A stretch of DNA of 64,000 nucleotides from Phoronis australis (lineage: Eukaryota > Animalia > Phoronida), in NCBI GenBank assembly GCA_002633005.1, contig NMRA01000300.1, positions 415,992-479,991 of the forward strand. Direction: 5' to 3'. A model generated the notes under the pieces. That model did no database searches, had not been told where the DNA came from, and saw nothing but the letters and a program-made list of their open reading frames with translations. Of the stretch, positions 11,351-23,678 are shown piece by piece (the stretch's first letter is position 1; each line of letters opens with the position of its first letter). The translations under genes and the position numbers were made by a program.

Positions 11351-14300
11351 ATGCTGTATTTTGTGTTGTGCAGTTTAGTCGTGGCCTCCCACGCCATGAT
11401 ACTATGTCCACCTAACTTCTGCGACTCAGTGAAGTGTCCGGGTGACGTTACTGCCGAACTTTGCGACGGCCGTTTTGACAGCAACGGTGGAATGTGTGGT
11501 TGCTGCCCCAGTTGCGTGAAACAGCTCGGTATGAAGTGTTTGTAGGCTTGTCTTGTCGCTGTTGCTGATGCTGCTGCTGCTGCGGCCTCGGCGGCGGCGG
11601 CGGATGTTGTTTTCTCTCAATTGGTTATGGCCCATTCTGTTATTTAGATCTCCAGTTATCTCTGACCTGTCTAAAAACCATGCAACAGAAATATTTTGTT
11701 CGAGCATTAAGTGCAAGGTTAATTTAACAGTTACGAATGCCCAATGTCGATGGTGGCTCCGTGGTCAGCGGACCTCTCGGGTCCTTCACGGAGTCTCCAT
11801 AAGCGTAAATCTGTATCAACTGTATTTTTTGGTTTTTGACTTAAAGTGAATAAAGTGTATTACTACTACTACTACTGCTATCGAAATCCTTTGATGCAAT
11901 TACGGTTTTTCAACTTTCAGACATGTTGCTGTATATACATACATGTGGGCCAATACAGAATTTGATGAAGTCACTTGATTGGCTTCTTCAAAAGATTCAA
12001 ATTTGTTCAATTTTGCGTTTCCTCGTCCAATACTTCGTTACTGCATTGTTATGCTCTGTTTAAACTGGAATTAGTTCGGCAAAAAGACAACATCTGCACT
12101 TTCCCTGACCAGCGGTTACGCTGCTTCGAGTCAGCTTCTGAATCCAACTCACCCGGACCAGCACCTTTTCGACGCTGGTCAGAAGCAAAACGAGCAATAC
12201 TTCCCACGCAAAAATTAAAGTCAAATATGTGAAGTATGATTTGATGACTGTATATGACCTGTTAGTAGGGCCATAGCGTAAAGGGCTTGAGACGTTGGTC
12301 TTAAGCGCCAACAGAGAAGCGACATCAGCTCATGTCAATGCCTCCAAAAATAGCAAGTAGATATATGGGAAGAAAATTTCTCTTTCTTAATGAAGGGAGA
12401 AGAAATTTTCTGATGATGTACCGAGCGCGCTTGGTTTCAACTCCCATGATGCAAACCGTAGTATATGGAATGTGTATTTGGTGATGCCGTTCGATTGATC
12501 GAGAAGTCTCATGTGTCTTCATGACACATGAGTCTCATGTGCTCACAAGTTTTCGTTATTGCACAAACTACATGTATACCGTTGAGCAATCCTCAAATTG
12601 CAACAGTTTCTGCAGACCTTCAGAGAGCAAATGTTCCTTATTTTTGATTGCGGCAATTCTTTATAAATGGAGTTACAATGCAGTAACACCTAAACTGTGA
12701 CAATTTGTGCTGACCTTCGACGCACACAGAGTCGTCAGTTGGAAAGTTGATTGCAATGACAACAGCGAAGACGGTGCTGAGCTGCCAGGGCAAATATGCC
12801 TTCTTATCTTACGACATCACGGACTTAAAACAGTTCGAAAATAGTTTGCATCATTAACCAGTCTTCGTTGTCAGTGTTCCTTTGTTTTTCCACCATTCCT
12901 AATTGCTCCTAATGTCATGGTATCCATGTACAAGGTCTGCACAAGCAGTCGAAATTGGATGATTACGACAGTTTATAAACAACTACAAATAAAAATTGCT
13001 ACGGAGAACGATTGCAACTGGTTGAGAAAGTCTGTAGTGGCGACACATTGTGGTCTTTTACTAACTCATTCTGTTTTCTAAGCTGATGAAATACATAAAA
13101 GGAATAAGTGGTGCACTTGTTATTCAGGTGAAGGAGAGAACTGTCGTGGAAGTTTCCTGCTTGGTGTTCCTGCAAAGGCCGAATGTGGAACAGACTTATA
13201 CTGTAACCCAGATTCAATGAAATGCCAGCCACGTAAGTTGAGAGGAAATTAAAAAAAAAGCGAAATGTGATACAAAGTGGAATGGGTACTGAAAAATGCG
13301 AAAGTACTACGGCATTTGTGATATTCCAAATACATGTAGATTCCCTAATGCTTTTTCAATGTTTCAACATCCAAGCTAAATGTCATAGCTCCACTGCTCA
13401 GGTCCCGTGTGCACGTGGATACATGCGTGGGGCATCACGACACAGACTTACTTAAAGTCATTTGGTAAGTTACCGCCTTTGACAAGGCCATTGTAGACCC
13501 TTTCAAGGGATGGGACGGTGCACTAGCATCCATCAGCATAAGCGCATCGAGAGGGGCACTAAGAGACATGAACGGCTGTTTGAAACCAGTTCTGGACCTA
13601 AAGATTGAATACCAATACTGTACGAATGTAATGTGCAGTAAAAGATATTTCTATGCCAGACTACCATAAGAACGCCAAACGTTACGCCCGACCTTCGTTT
13701 GTTATCTCTTCCAGTGAGCTTAAGAGAATGTCAAAGTGAGAACGCTCTCAGTTCAATTTTTCTGTCCTATTTGGTCCTTCCATTTTAGATTATATCTTAA
13801 AATGAGGGACATGGTATTAACTTCATGAATTCCTCATAAGCAACGTTATGTACAAACCTTGTTGCTTCTGATTTCCATACATGAATCTGTACATGTTTTT
13901 GTTTTTTGTTTTTATATATTAGTAGTAGCATATCTTAATATTGGAATACTAGATACTACTTAAATGTATATACCTCTATGCATATTAGTTTCATTTATGA
14001 ATTGTCTACAACTCAGATATAATGCTTCGCGATTTCTGGGTTTGTCATTACTTCTTTGTATGTTCTGTGTATTCTTCAATAAATATATATCACTTTAAAA
14101 AAATCATGTAGATGTTGGTTGGCTGCAGCGTGGACATTGTTTGGACGTCTGGTGCTCTTGCTCATTTCGCACCGTGTAAACTCAGTTATTACTTTCAATC
14201 TCATCGTACGCCTCTCCTGCGGAAAGCAAGGAGCACGAGATTATAATCTCGAAACTAATAACACAACGCTAGAGCCGCACTAACAATTGTCTTATTAATC

Positions 14301-17010
14301 TATTTTATTGTATACCAGTTCTCAATTTTAATTACATCTACGAAACAGAAACCTGCGCTATGGTACGTGCTGATCGTGACGCCAAGCTTAAAGAGTCCCT
14401 CAAAAAGGGTGAACCTTTATTGGGATTGCAACTACCAGAGTGCGAAAAGGATGGGTCTTACAAGCCAAAGCAGTGCATTGGGTCCATGTGAGTACTCTGT
14501 TGACAACAAAACTTGACGAATTCATAAAATTCAGTCTCGTTCGGGTCAACCTAAGGCCATGGAGGTTGGTAATATCATGCAGCAGCTTATTCTGTACCCC
14601 TTGTAAGACTCGAAAGGTAGTATTTGTTTCTAACAGTGTGCTACTATTTAGTGATAGTGTGGTAGTCGGTTGGCTTCAAGTTACATGCAACATCAAAAGG
14701 TAAAATTGTAAGGAAATCCACGAAGTGGTCCAGAGTCAATACGGACCAAAACAAACATGTGGAGGTTTGGAAATGGTTTTATAGGGTTATGACCGTCTAT
14801 CCAGGCGCTCAGATGTCATTGACCTGGGAAGAAATTCATAGAGCTAACGCAAAAAAATGCTAAAGAAGCTATTGTTGTCGCGTGCTTCGCTTGCAAAACA
14901 TGACGATATATGGCGTAATCTTGCGAGTTTTCTACAGGTCTACTTAACGCACTCCTGGGTAGAGTCCAATAAGGCAAGGACCTCTCTAGAAGCTCGGAAC
15001 AAAGGCAAGTCTTCGCAAGATTACGCGAGACACTGCCGTGAATTCTCAATGAGAGCACATGATTTTGGCTAGATTTTTCTTGCCGCGAGACAGCCATTGA
15101 ATTCTACTTTTTCCTTATATATCTCATAAAATCGTTTGCGAAATGAGTTGTTGGAGATAAGGGTATTTGCAACTGAACAAATCGTGCCCCAGTATGAGAG
15201 GCGATTGGCCAGGTGTCAAGGTCCTGGTTTCTCGTACATGCGTATTTTAGAATGCCACATAGTTTCGACTATCCGTGAAAGTAGATGAAAATAGATCAGT
15301 CCTCTCGGTACGCGGTCCTAGTTAGCAGGAACATGTTTTCACAATTTTTTATTTTCATTGTAGGTGTATGTGCGTTTCGTCAGACGGCAAACAGATCGAA
15401 AATTATGTCGCTCACATTTGGGAGTCAGATGACATGAAATGCAGTAAGAAAAGCAATTCATAGAAACAACTTTAAAAAGAGTCTATTTAGACACAGTAAA
15501 GACTCGAGATGGTGTATTGTCTCGTTATGGTGTATTGCCTCGATATGGTGTATTGCCTCGCTATGGTGAATTGCCTCATTTAGACTTTTCAGAGAGTTTT
15601 CCTGGTTAGTCACATCCTCGTTCGGTAGACCGCGAGTTTTCAACAATATTGGCATCGCATTTATTTTTGACAAGAATTCATATAATAAGTTATCTGTGAT
15701 GTCATCGTCAGTTGTAATAACCGTGTGAAGTGAATTTCATCACTCAGTTCAATGTAATGGTGTGTAATACACGTGCGATAAGAACATCGTGCGCAGCAGA
15801 CATAAAGACTTATATAGAGAACTTCAGACACACACTTAAAGGCTGTGCGAGCGTGACAGCGCTTTACCCATTTTCAAATTCAACTGGCGAGTTGCAGTTT
15901 GTTTCGTTTGCAGACATAATGCCAAGTCGGATTATTTGTGTAAAATGTTTGGTCATCCTGCAACTCAGCGTTGTTAATTTGACGCAATGATGACGTAATG
16001 ATAACGTAATGATGATGGCCAAAAATTTATAAAAATTCATGTGAAATCCGACAGCCTTAAGTCTCTTTTCAAATCTCAGAGGAAATTGTAGGTGGCGCTG
16101 AACGTTGTCCTCCAGGTATTCAATCACGATAATTCGCACATTGTTATGTCGCCGTTATATTGGAAATGACTATTACGGACTGAAATTTCAGTATTTCCTA
16201 TGTACAGAATATTTATCCTCTTCCAGATTGTGCCCGCGAAAAGTACGAGTACAAGATGATTGGAAAGATGTTCTTTTGTGACGCCAAAGGAAATTACGAA
16301 TCTGTCCAGGTAATGCTCCTGCTATTTGTACCCTGAAGTAAAACATTTACGTCCCGATATGATTTACAGGAATTGACAACTCGCGAGGATACTTTATGGC
16401 GTCTTAGCTGCATCCGGGTCATCTGGTCTATTCCCAGCAACGCAGTTGGATGTTCGGCGAGTTTTCAGGTCCACATGTTAAAGAATTCAAAATTATAACT
16501 CAGCAGAACGTATTTTACCTTAGGAGTTTTCACGCATCTAACACTAGGAGCCAAGAATCAGTCACGTATTAGTGATTAGGTTTCACAGCGCCTCTATTGC
16601 CCGTCGTAATAAACAAAACTGAATAGCCGACTAAAAGGGGTTCAGCTTATGAACCGAAACGTTTGCATGTCTAAATGATCAAAATACTTGTTCTACTCTC
16701 ATACATAGATGTACCTTAGCAATATTTTCTGGCATTTTCCCCTTAAGATCGCGCCCAGAATTCTTCTCCTGAAGAGAGTATAATTACTTAGTGTCTTAGA
16801 ACTATTACACTTTTACGTTCACACGATAGTCTTAGTAGGTATTGCAATAATTTGCAGACGAATTATTTTTGGTGATTTTGATCACGCTTAAAAATTTCTT
16901 TCTCTCTTCAGTGCACAGGTAGCGTCTGTGGCTGTGCTGACGAAAACGGAGCTTTACTGACCGACACTCAATCTGTGCCTATTTGGATGAAGGATAGCTT
17001 GAACTGCTAG
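11351..17010 (+). CDS. Secreted Cys-rich putative protease inhibitor: AmFPI-1/IGFBP-like domain + two thyroglobulin type-1 domains, 237 aa, 6 exons
   Basis: Exons 11351-11528, 13128-13232, 14319-14487, 15364-15443, 16227-16309, 16912-17010. All junctions are GT-AG with phases 1,1,2,1,0, giving a 714-nt open frame. Signal peptide, then ILCPPNFCDSVKC...GMCGCCPSCVKQLGEGENC...AECGTDLYC. Tg1 motifs: PECEKDGSYKPKQCIGSMCMCVSSDGKQI and FCDAKGNYESVQCTGSVCGCADENG. AATAAA at 17054. Confidence 0.92.
13770..14103 (+). mobile_element. 5'-truncated LINE (CR1/L2-group) 3' end in intron 2
   Basis: Same 3' UTR as the 49609-50300 copy (CATGAATCTGTACAT...CAGATATAATGCTTCGCG...AATAAATATATATCAC), followed by an A-rich tail. 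Confidence 0.75.
15508..15580. repeat. 18-bp tandem repeat, ~4 copies
   Basis: ATGGTGTATTGCCTCG(N)T units in intron 4. Confidence 0.8.
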
Positions 17011-20000
17011 ATCACTGTGCATGCACCTGCCCTCTGTCGGGAGTGTGTACTCTAATAAACTTGTCGATCTCAAGTTTGTCTACCTCTTCCGAACGTCAGG
17101 CATCATGATAAATTTGCGAGCACGTGTTAGCTCATGATTTCGTTAACATACTCAAACCTGTACTGCATATGTATCCCTTAGTTACCATGTCCCTGGCGTG
17201 TGGACGGTCTAAGGAGTTTTATTACGTTGCCTAATTAAGCAAGAGTTTTAGAAATCGAAATGTAGGCTTACAGATTATTCGATGGGAAAGAGTTAATTAA
17301 AATATTTCAGTTGAAGTAGTGCTTTGTTATTAACGAGATGTCATTGGAGCAGTGATTGCAGAGTCGTTTGGGGTCACAGAACAGTTCTCACAGGTTTTTG
17401 CCTATCAGAACACACATCAATGAACTCGTCACCCTTTCTCCAATTTGTCAAAAATTGCAGGCAAAGAATGAAAAGTTTTGAGTCATTTCACGCCACAAGA
17501 TCTACATATGAGCACAGAAATTTTATTCTCTCTTGTATTTTTGAACCTTTTACTCTTGCTGAAAACCAAGCTAGACTAAGAAAAATAGGATAAAAAAACC
17601 GCAAATTCGGCACTTTTCACCACAAAACCTCCACTTCCCTGCCGATGTACGACTAAAGCCAACATTAAATTCCAAAAATGTGGTCCAAAAGTACTGTCAA
17701 CCAACTAATTTTCTTTCAAATCGGGCTTGTTTGGGGGCCACCTGAAATCGCGGCCAATTTCTCAGTCGCTACTCAGCACTGCACACTTGCAACAGGGGGC
17801 CACCATCTTGAACAAGAGTGCAGCTACAGCCGAGCAAGTGTTTTTTTCATTTTCAACATGTTCACAAATACAAACAAATCACATTCACATGGTCTACAAG
17901 CAGTACCTAAGTAAAAAATGACCCCAAGCCTGGCCTAACCCTAGATTTGAATATTTTGGGAGTGCTAATAGGCCGCGGCTGCAGCCTAACTGTTCAGTGC
18001 CACTTTTCCAACTTGTTTTCAAACTGCTTGTTACGTCATCACTGGTCAGCAGCAACGATCAATCAAACAACTGGTTAAGGAAGGAGATCTGTTTGATGAC
18101 AGCTGGAGATGGGAATCGTCTCCGGGGTAAACTTATAGGTGACGCTTTGTTCCCAGTAGAATTTCTACCAAAGGTGCCGTTCCATTGAAATACTTTAAGA
18201 AAGAGTTCAGGGATTGCAACTGGGCAAAAAAGAAAATTTTGTGAAGAAACTCTACAGATGGCACACATTTGTTGTAGTTTGTAACGTTGAATGTAATGCA
18301 ACAGGTTATTGGTTCAGTTATAAACCCTCAAAATGATTTTGTTATAGAAGAAAATCTTAAGAAAAGGCATATCCAAAGAGGAACAATGGGCAATGGCTCT
18401 CCTGATGATTGCAAGAAATTGCGCCGATTGNCCCCCCCCCCCCCCCCGTTGCACACTTCTGGCCACGCCAATGGGAAAGAGTAATTTTTCATAGAAGATC
18501 GCGATCGAGTAATGTGCTACCTTACAGACAGTCGACACAACAACCCTTTATACCATAGGCGGTAGGCTGCCAATAATCCAATGTCTTAGAAGCTTATTCA
18601 AAGGCCCTAAACAAAAATATTCATCGTCACGTTTTAATTCTTACGACATAGTCCCGATTTCTTGTGCCAGTTGCATAATTAGACTATTTGTGTCAAAAAA
18701 TAAACGATCGCAATGTTGTCAGCTGTGCTGGAACGGGTCCACTGTTTTCCGTTCAGTTGGGTTCCATTTTTGGCATCGGTTCTTGCTTCTCACAGTTCCG
18801 TTCCGAAAATGAGATAGAGAATTGTCAGTGTTCCTGTCAGAATCAGACTTTGTATTGTAATTTTTAACAGGTAACAAAACATATTTCCCAGAACAACAAT
18901 GTAAATAAGCATCAAAAATAAAACTGAAATAACTTAAATATAACTTCAATCTATCAAAAAGCAAAAGCAGATGTAAACTATTTCAAGTCTAATCTACAAT
19001 CAGCAATACCAGTCTTTCTTACTTAATATTGAGCTATGTCGCCCAGTAGTGTTTAAAAGTGATGTAGGAAACAAATGACCAACAAACACGGATTTAGATG
19101 GAAAGTAAGTACAAATACTGGCCGCTAGGTGATACTTAATGCCACCGAACCGGAAATAAAAATTTGGGAAACGGGACCGAACCTACTACTCAGAATCGCA
19201 GTTCTTGGTTATTTTGGGTATCCTTTACAGCCCAGTATATTTGTATTCTTTCACATCAATCAGTTTTTAATGAGCATGGCACCTCACAGTTTGCCAGCGA
19301 CTGGCACCTGCACAATGCCTACTTTTAATCGTGCTTACAATAACAAGGTGAGATATCAGCTTGTCACTTCTCTAAAAGGGTAGATATTCTATTTTCCAAG
19401 GCCGGGTGCACACCACATCAAAAATATCATTTCGCAAGTCGATACCGACAGCAGTCGTCATGCGTATATTCACTGATCTTTGTTAATTTTCTGTACATCG
19501 GTAGTGTTTGTAAGTGTGTTGACTAAAACGGGGTTATCATGAAGTTACGCATTTCAAATATAGACAGCATGAACTGTTAGACCTCCTGTTCAATATCAAT
19601 TCGTTAGATTTTATGTAAAGAAAAATGGTTGATTAAGTTAAAATAATGCTATGTTACTAACGGGGAGACAGAGGGTCGGTTATTGCAAAGGCGTTTACAA
19701 ATTAAATGTTTTCAAATTACAATTTGGTGACAATAATCGTGGACAACGCTCAAAGAGTTGAGTTACAATAGCCAACTGTTGGCGCTCTCTAGAGCAATGA
19801 GAGCGCAAAGCGACTTTCGCTTGATCCCAACTCAGACTTGGTGGACTGGAATTCAAGATGGCTGGCAGTTATGCTACTTTCTGAGCTGAAGAAATGCTCG
19901 AAAAAGCGAGGCACAAGCATTTACAGTCATCAGAAATAGCGATTGGCTGATGTTTCGCAGGAATGTAACTGCCTGCAGTATCAGCCCCCCATGATCACAG

Positions 20001-20131
20001 GCAGGGTCTTGTGAAGCGACAGACGGTGACTCTTAACGGATCTTAACGGTAAACCCATCGCATAGCAGCGAAAATTTATAGGGAAGGTGAAAACAAAGGT
20101 GTTGAAACGCGGTTGATACCAGTACGTTGAA

Positions 20132-20477
20132 ACCTGCCTCTCGTTCAGTAACGCTAGGACCTCGCTAAAAAGCAAGACTTCGCGAGATTACGTGATATAT
20201 TGCTGTGTATTTTGAATAAGATCACGTGCCTTCGATTAGATTTTAGCTAGGTCCTAGCGTAGGTCCTAGCTTTACTGAACGAACAGCTGGTGCCTGCATT
20301 GCATGGGGGCGCTGAACACCTGAACGCCAAAGACCCGCCTCCCTTTCAGTAACTCTAAGACCTCGCTAAAAAGAAGAACTTCGCGAGAATACGTGAGATA
20401 TTGCCGTGTTTTGAATGGGAACACGTGATTCTGGCTAGATTTATGCTAATTCTAGCACTACTGAACGCACGCCTGGT
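20132..20477. mobile_element. Two adjacent copies of a ~150-bp MITE (20132-20291, 20333-20477)
   Basis: Ends CGTTCAGTA(A)CGCTAGGACCT ... AGGTCCTAGC(G)..TACTGAACG are inverted; core GACTTCGCGAGATTACGTGA. Another copy at 52543-52703 and degenerate core copies at ~14880-15078. Confidence 0.8.
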
Positions 20478-21827
20478 GATCGCCTAGCAGTTTACCAAGT
20501 TTCCGAGTTTCGATATGGCACGGCTGTTTCGAAAATCAGCTATTCTAGGATTTTTTTACGACAAAACTTACCCAATAAGCGACGCCGATGTTAAATTTTT
20601 CAAATGCATCGTGGTGATTTGCACACCATGGCCTATAACAGCATTCGTCATTTGTAATATTCGTATTGTGCGAGTTTGACTTAAGTAGACATCATATAAA
20701 AGCAAGAACTGAAAGTTAGCATCTAAAGAATGAACAGACTTTAGCATATACATGTAGTTTGTGTGAAAGATTCTCGAAGCAACTGCCATTCGATAACGCT
20801 GAATCACCCTATAAAGAGGCATTATCACTTTTTCGGCCAAAAACTCGTGTTTTGGGGATTGATGGCTCTCATTGAAGTTACTAACTGTGACCATGGCAAC
20901 AAAACAACCAGATTAGTAGTGTTATTTTGTGATTTTGTTACAAATTGCCAAATCTCGTTGTTGTGTCACATATTCGCTAAAATCGAGACCAACTGCTTTT
21001 CCAGAGGTATTCGGTTCCTATCCGCGCTACTACTCAGATATTTAAAGTTACTTGTCCCGACATTAATGTCCCTTTAAGAGATTTCCCGTCAGTTTCACCA
21101 TGCCACATGTTAAACATTAATTCTTTCAGAAGATCGCCAGCTAACTGAATACAAAATTGGCTCCGACTCTTCTCTTTTTTATTGTATATGGGAAAAGTCG
21201 CGCTCTTGGAAATTACGGCCATCTTTGCGAACATTAAGAATTTTCTAGAAAAAAGTGACGTGAATATAAAATCTAAACATAAAGTTTGCGCTGAAGCATG
21301 CCGCGTCGGGCATTCTGAGTTTACTGTCATTACGAACATCTGGGGTGTGTTGTCTGTTTCACGGAGGCTTAGTTAGGAATACCGTCTTAAGCCCCACGTC
21401 ACTATTTCCAAAAATAATGCCATCTCAGTTTAGTAAAGTACCTACCCCCAAATGCTTTAGCTACAAGTAAGTACATGATACAACCAATTGGAGAAATTTA
21501 CTACCAAGTACTTCATGGTATTGTACTGACTTTGTGTTTCACCTCAGTCTCATTTCTGAGAAGTGATGGTCGCTGGAGGAGTGTTTCTGCGCCGCTACTT
21601 TTACGTTTTAAGTTATGGTGCATTGTTACTAGTTATACCACTTTTAAATTTGAAATTCTTTTAGTCCAACAGTGTTTTCTCAGACAAAATGACAATTTGT
21701 TTATATTCTTATTTAAATATACGAATTACATACATTTTCTGTCAAACATGCTGTATACTATAGAACTAGGTCTTGTACCAGGATTATTAATGACGTCAAA
21801 TATTATGTGACGATTAACAGTGAACAG

Positions 21828-21901
21828 GATTAACACATACATATAGATTATTACATGATCTATATGTATGTGTTAATCACATACATATAGATCATTACAT
21901 G
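21828..21901. repeat. Perfect 21-bp inverted repeat followed by a direct copy (A-A'-A)
   Basis: GATTAACACATACATATAGAT-9 nt-ATCTATATGTATGTGTTAATC, then ACATACATATAGATCATTACATG. Confidence 0.85.
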
Positions 21902-22439
21902 GCGAAGTCGTTATCCCCCGTTATCTAGAATCGATCTACCTTTCTCGACTCGCCTCGGCTTTGTACCTACTGTCTATGTCAGAGGCCCGGGGTCGGAGGT
22001 CGTGACCTTTTAAGAAAAGCCGAGATATCTTTGTAAAATAATGCTTTTACTCAAAACCAATTGAAAAATAAAACAAAATAGAAATAAAGTGAATCTAAAA
22101 ATTAAGGTTTCGCAACTGTTATAGCTTACTACACATTTTATCACGCTAAGCTTCGACAGGGAATATATCGTCTGCTAAAGTAGGTTACCACTAGTAACTA
22201 AATATAATGCTCAAATCAAAGGATCCCCACCACACGACACCTGCATTCAAATTGGAGATCGGTGATTTACAAGTGAGAGAACACGAGAGAAAAATTTCAC
22301 TGAATCAAAATATGGTTTTTATGAAAATTATGCGTCTTATTTTTCATAGCGCATAATTGTCGGTGCAATACGCTTTGCTGAACATGCGATTGTTGCGCGT
22401 GCTCATTTAAGTATTCTATTTTCACGTTCGATGACGTCA

Positions 22440-22516
22440 GCCGCTGAGTGGTGTAGTGGTAAAGTCGGTGGCTCGCAACTGTTCAGGCCCGGATTCGAAT
22501 CCGGCCTCGGTTTCCC
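22440..22516 (+). mobile_element. tRNA-derived SINE head or tRNA pseudogene
   Basis: Pol III A box TGGTGTAGTGG and B box GGATTCGAATCC within the T-stem CCGGATTCGAATCCGG, at tRNA-like spacing. No convincing anticodon stem. Confidence 0.6.
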
Positions 22517-23466
22517 GCCAAAATGTTATGAGATAATTTTATGGGTTATTACACGGTTGTATCTGCCATTCGAGGCTAATATTGAGGTATAAATACATGT
22601 ACGGTTATCAGGGGGGTTGGTATGGCTTGTTTATATGAAGACTGACCAAACTGTGTTTATTTGATATTAGAGTCATGACGGATTAGTCACGTGACTGCGA
22701 TAAGACCTTCCCCTAGAATTCGGCTGTTTCCGTAATGGACTCTGTCTATCGCTGTGACCTAAAGAAAAACTGCAACGTCACGTGATTGTGCGATAAAATT
22801 GGTGTTTCTGAAACCTATCGCTCATTTAAAAACTCTTTTGTCCAGACTTATTGAAGACCCAATTATCGATTCTCAGCAAAACGTCTATGAAAGAAAGCGG
22901 CAAGCACTATACCAAGCGCAAATACACCAAAACACGAGAGACATGTGGAGCGAATGATACCGAGTTAAAAAGTCAATACATGTAATAAAATTTGCCTGTT
23001 TGTCGAGATCAATGGCTGATAGACTCACAAATTCATTACGCGCTAAATTAACTAATCCAATCGATGAGGTTCAATGGCTTGGTCCAGCAACTTGAAATCC
23101 TAGAACAGCAACGATTTAGAAAAGCCTCTTTGAACGAAATCTAACGAAAAAGTAGTGTTGTAGTTTACAGAGCCATGAAACACTTTGAAAATAACGTTTT
23201 GCTATAGAGTTTTTTGGATGTACACATGCATGGTCATAAAGAAACGTGCGAATTAGCGTGGACTGTTCTCATGTTCTGGTCGAACTGACATCTTTGACTT
23301 TCTCTGAATTCTGTACTTTGAAATGTCTATTGTTGAGAAATGAAGAGATAGTTCTCCTAACCGGAAGTGCGAAGTTTGAGAAACTGAAATGGCGGCAACG
23401 CAAAGATTGTTTGTCGCGGAGCGACTAGTTGTATTGCCGTTTCTGGAGTCATTACTTTTTTTCATT

Positions 23467-23678
23467 GTGATATATATTTATTGAAGGATACACAGAACAT
23501 ACAAAGAGATAACAGCAAACCCAGAAACCGCGAAGCATTATATCTGGGTTGTAAACAATTCATAAATGAAACTTATATACATAGAGGTATATACAATTAA
23601 GTAGTATCTAAAATAAGTATTCCAATACTTAGACATGTTATTACAGATATATAAAAACAAAAATATGTACAGATTCAT
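23467..23678 (-). mobile_element. LINE 3' UTR fragment, same family as 49609-50300
   Basis: Near-identical to 49609-49820 and preceded by a T-run (poly-A on the - strand). Confidence 0.8.

Noticed and set aside
11553-11849. ORF with Leu run and poly-Arg resembling a signal or targeting peptide
   Set aside because: Produced by (GCT)n/(GGC)n microsatellites in intron 1 of the inhibitor gene; non-ATG start.
22440-22516. Possible tRNA gene
   Set aside because: A and B boxes are present but the anticodon and acceptor stems do not form properly; treated as a SINE head.
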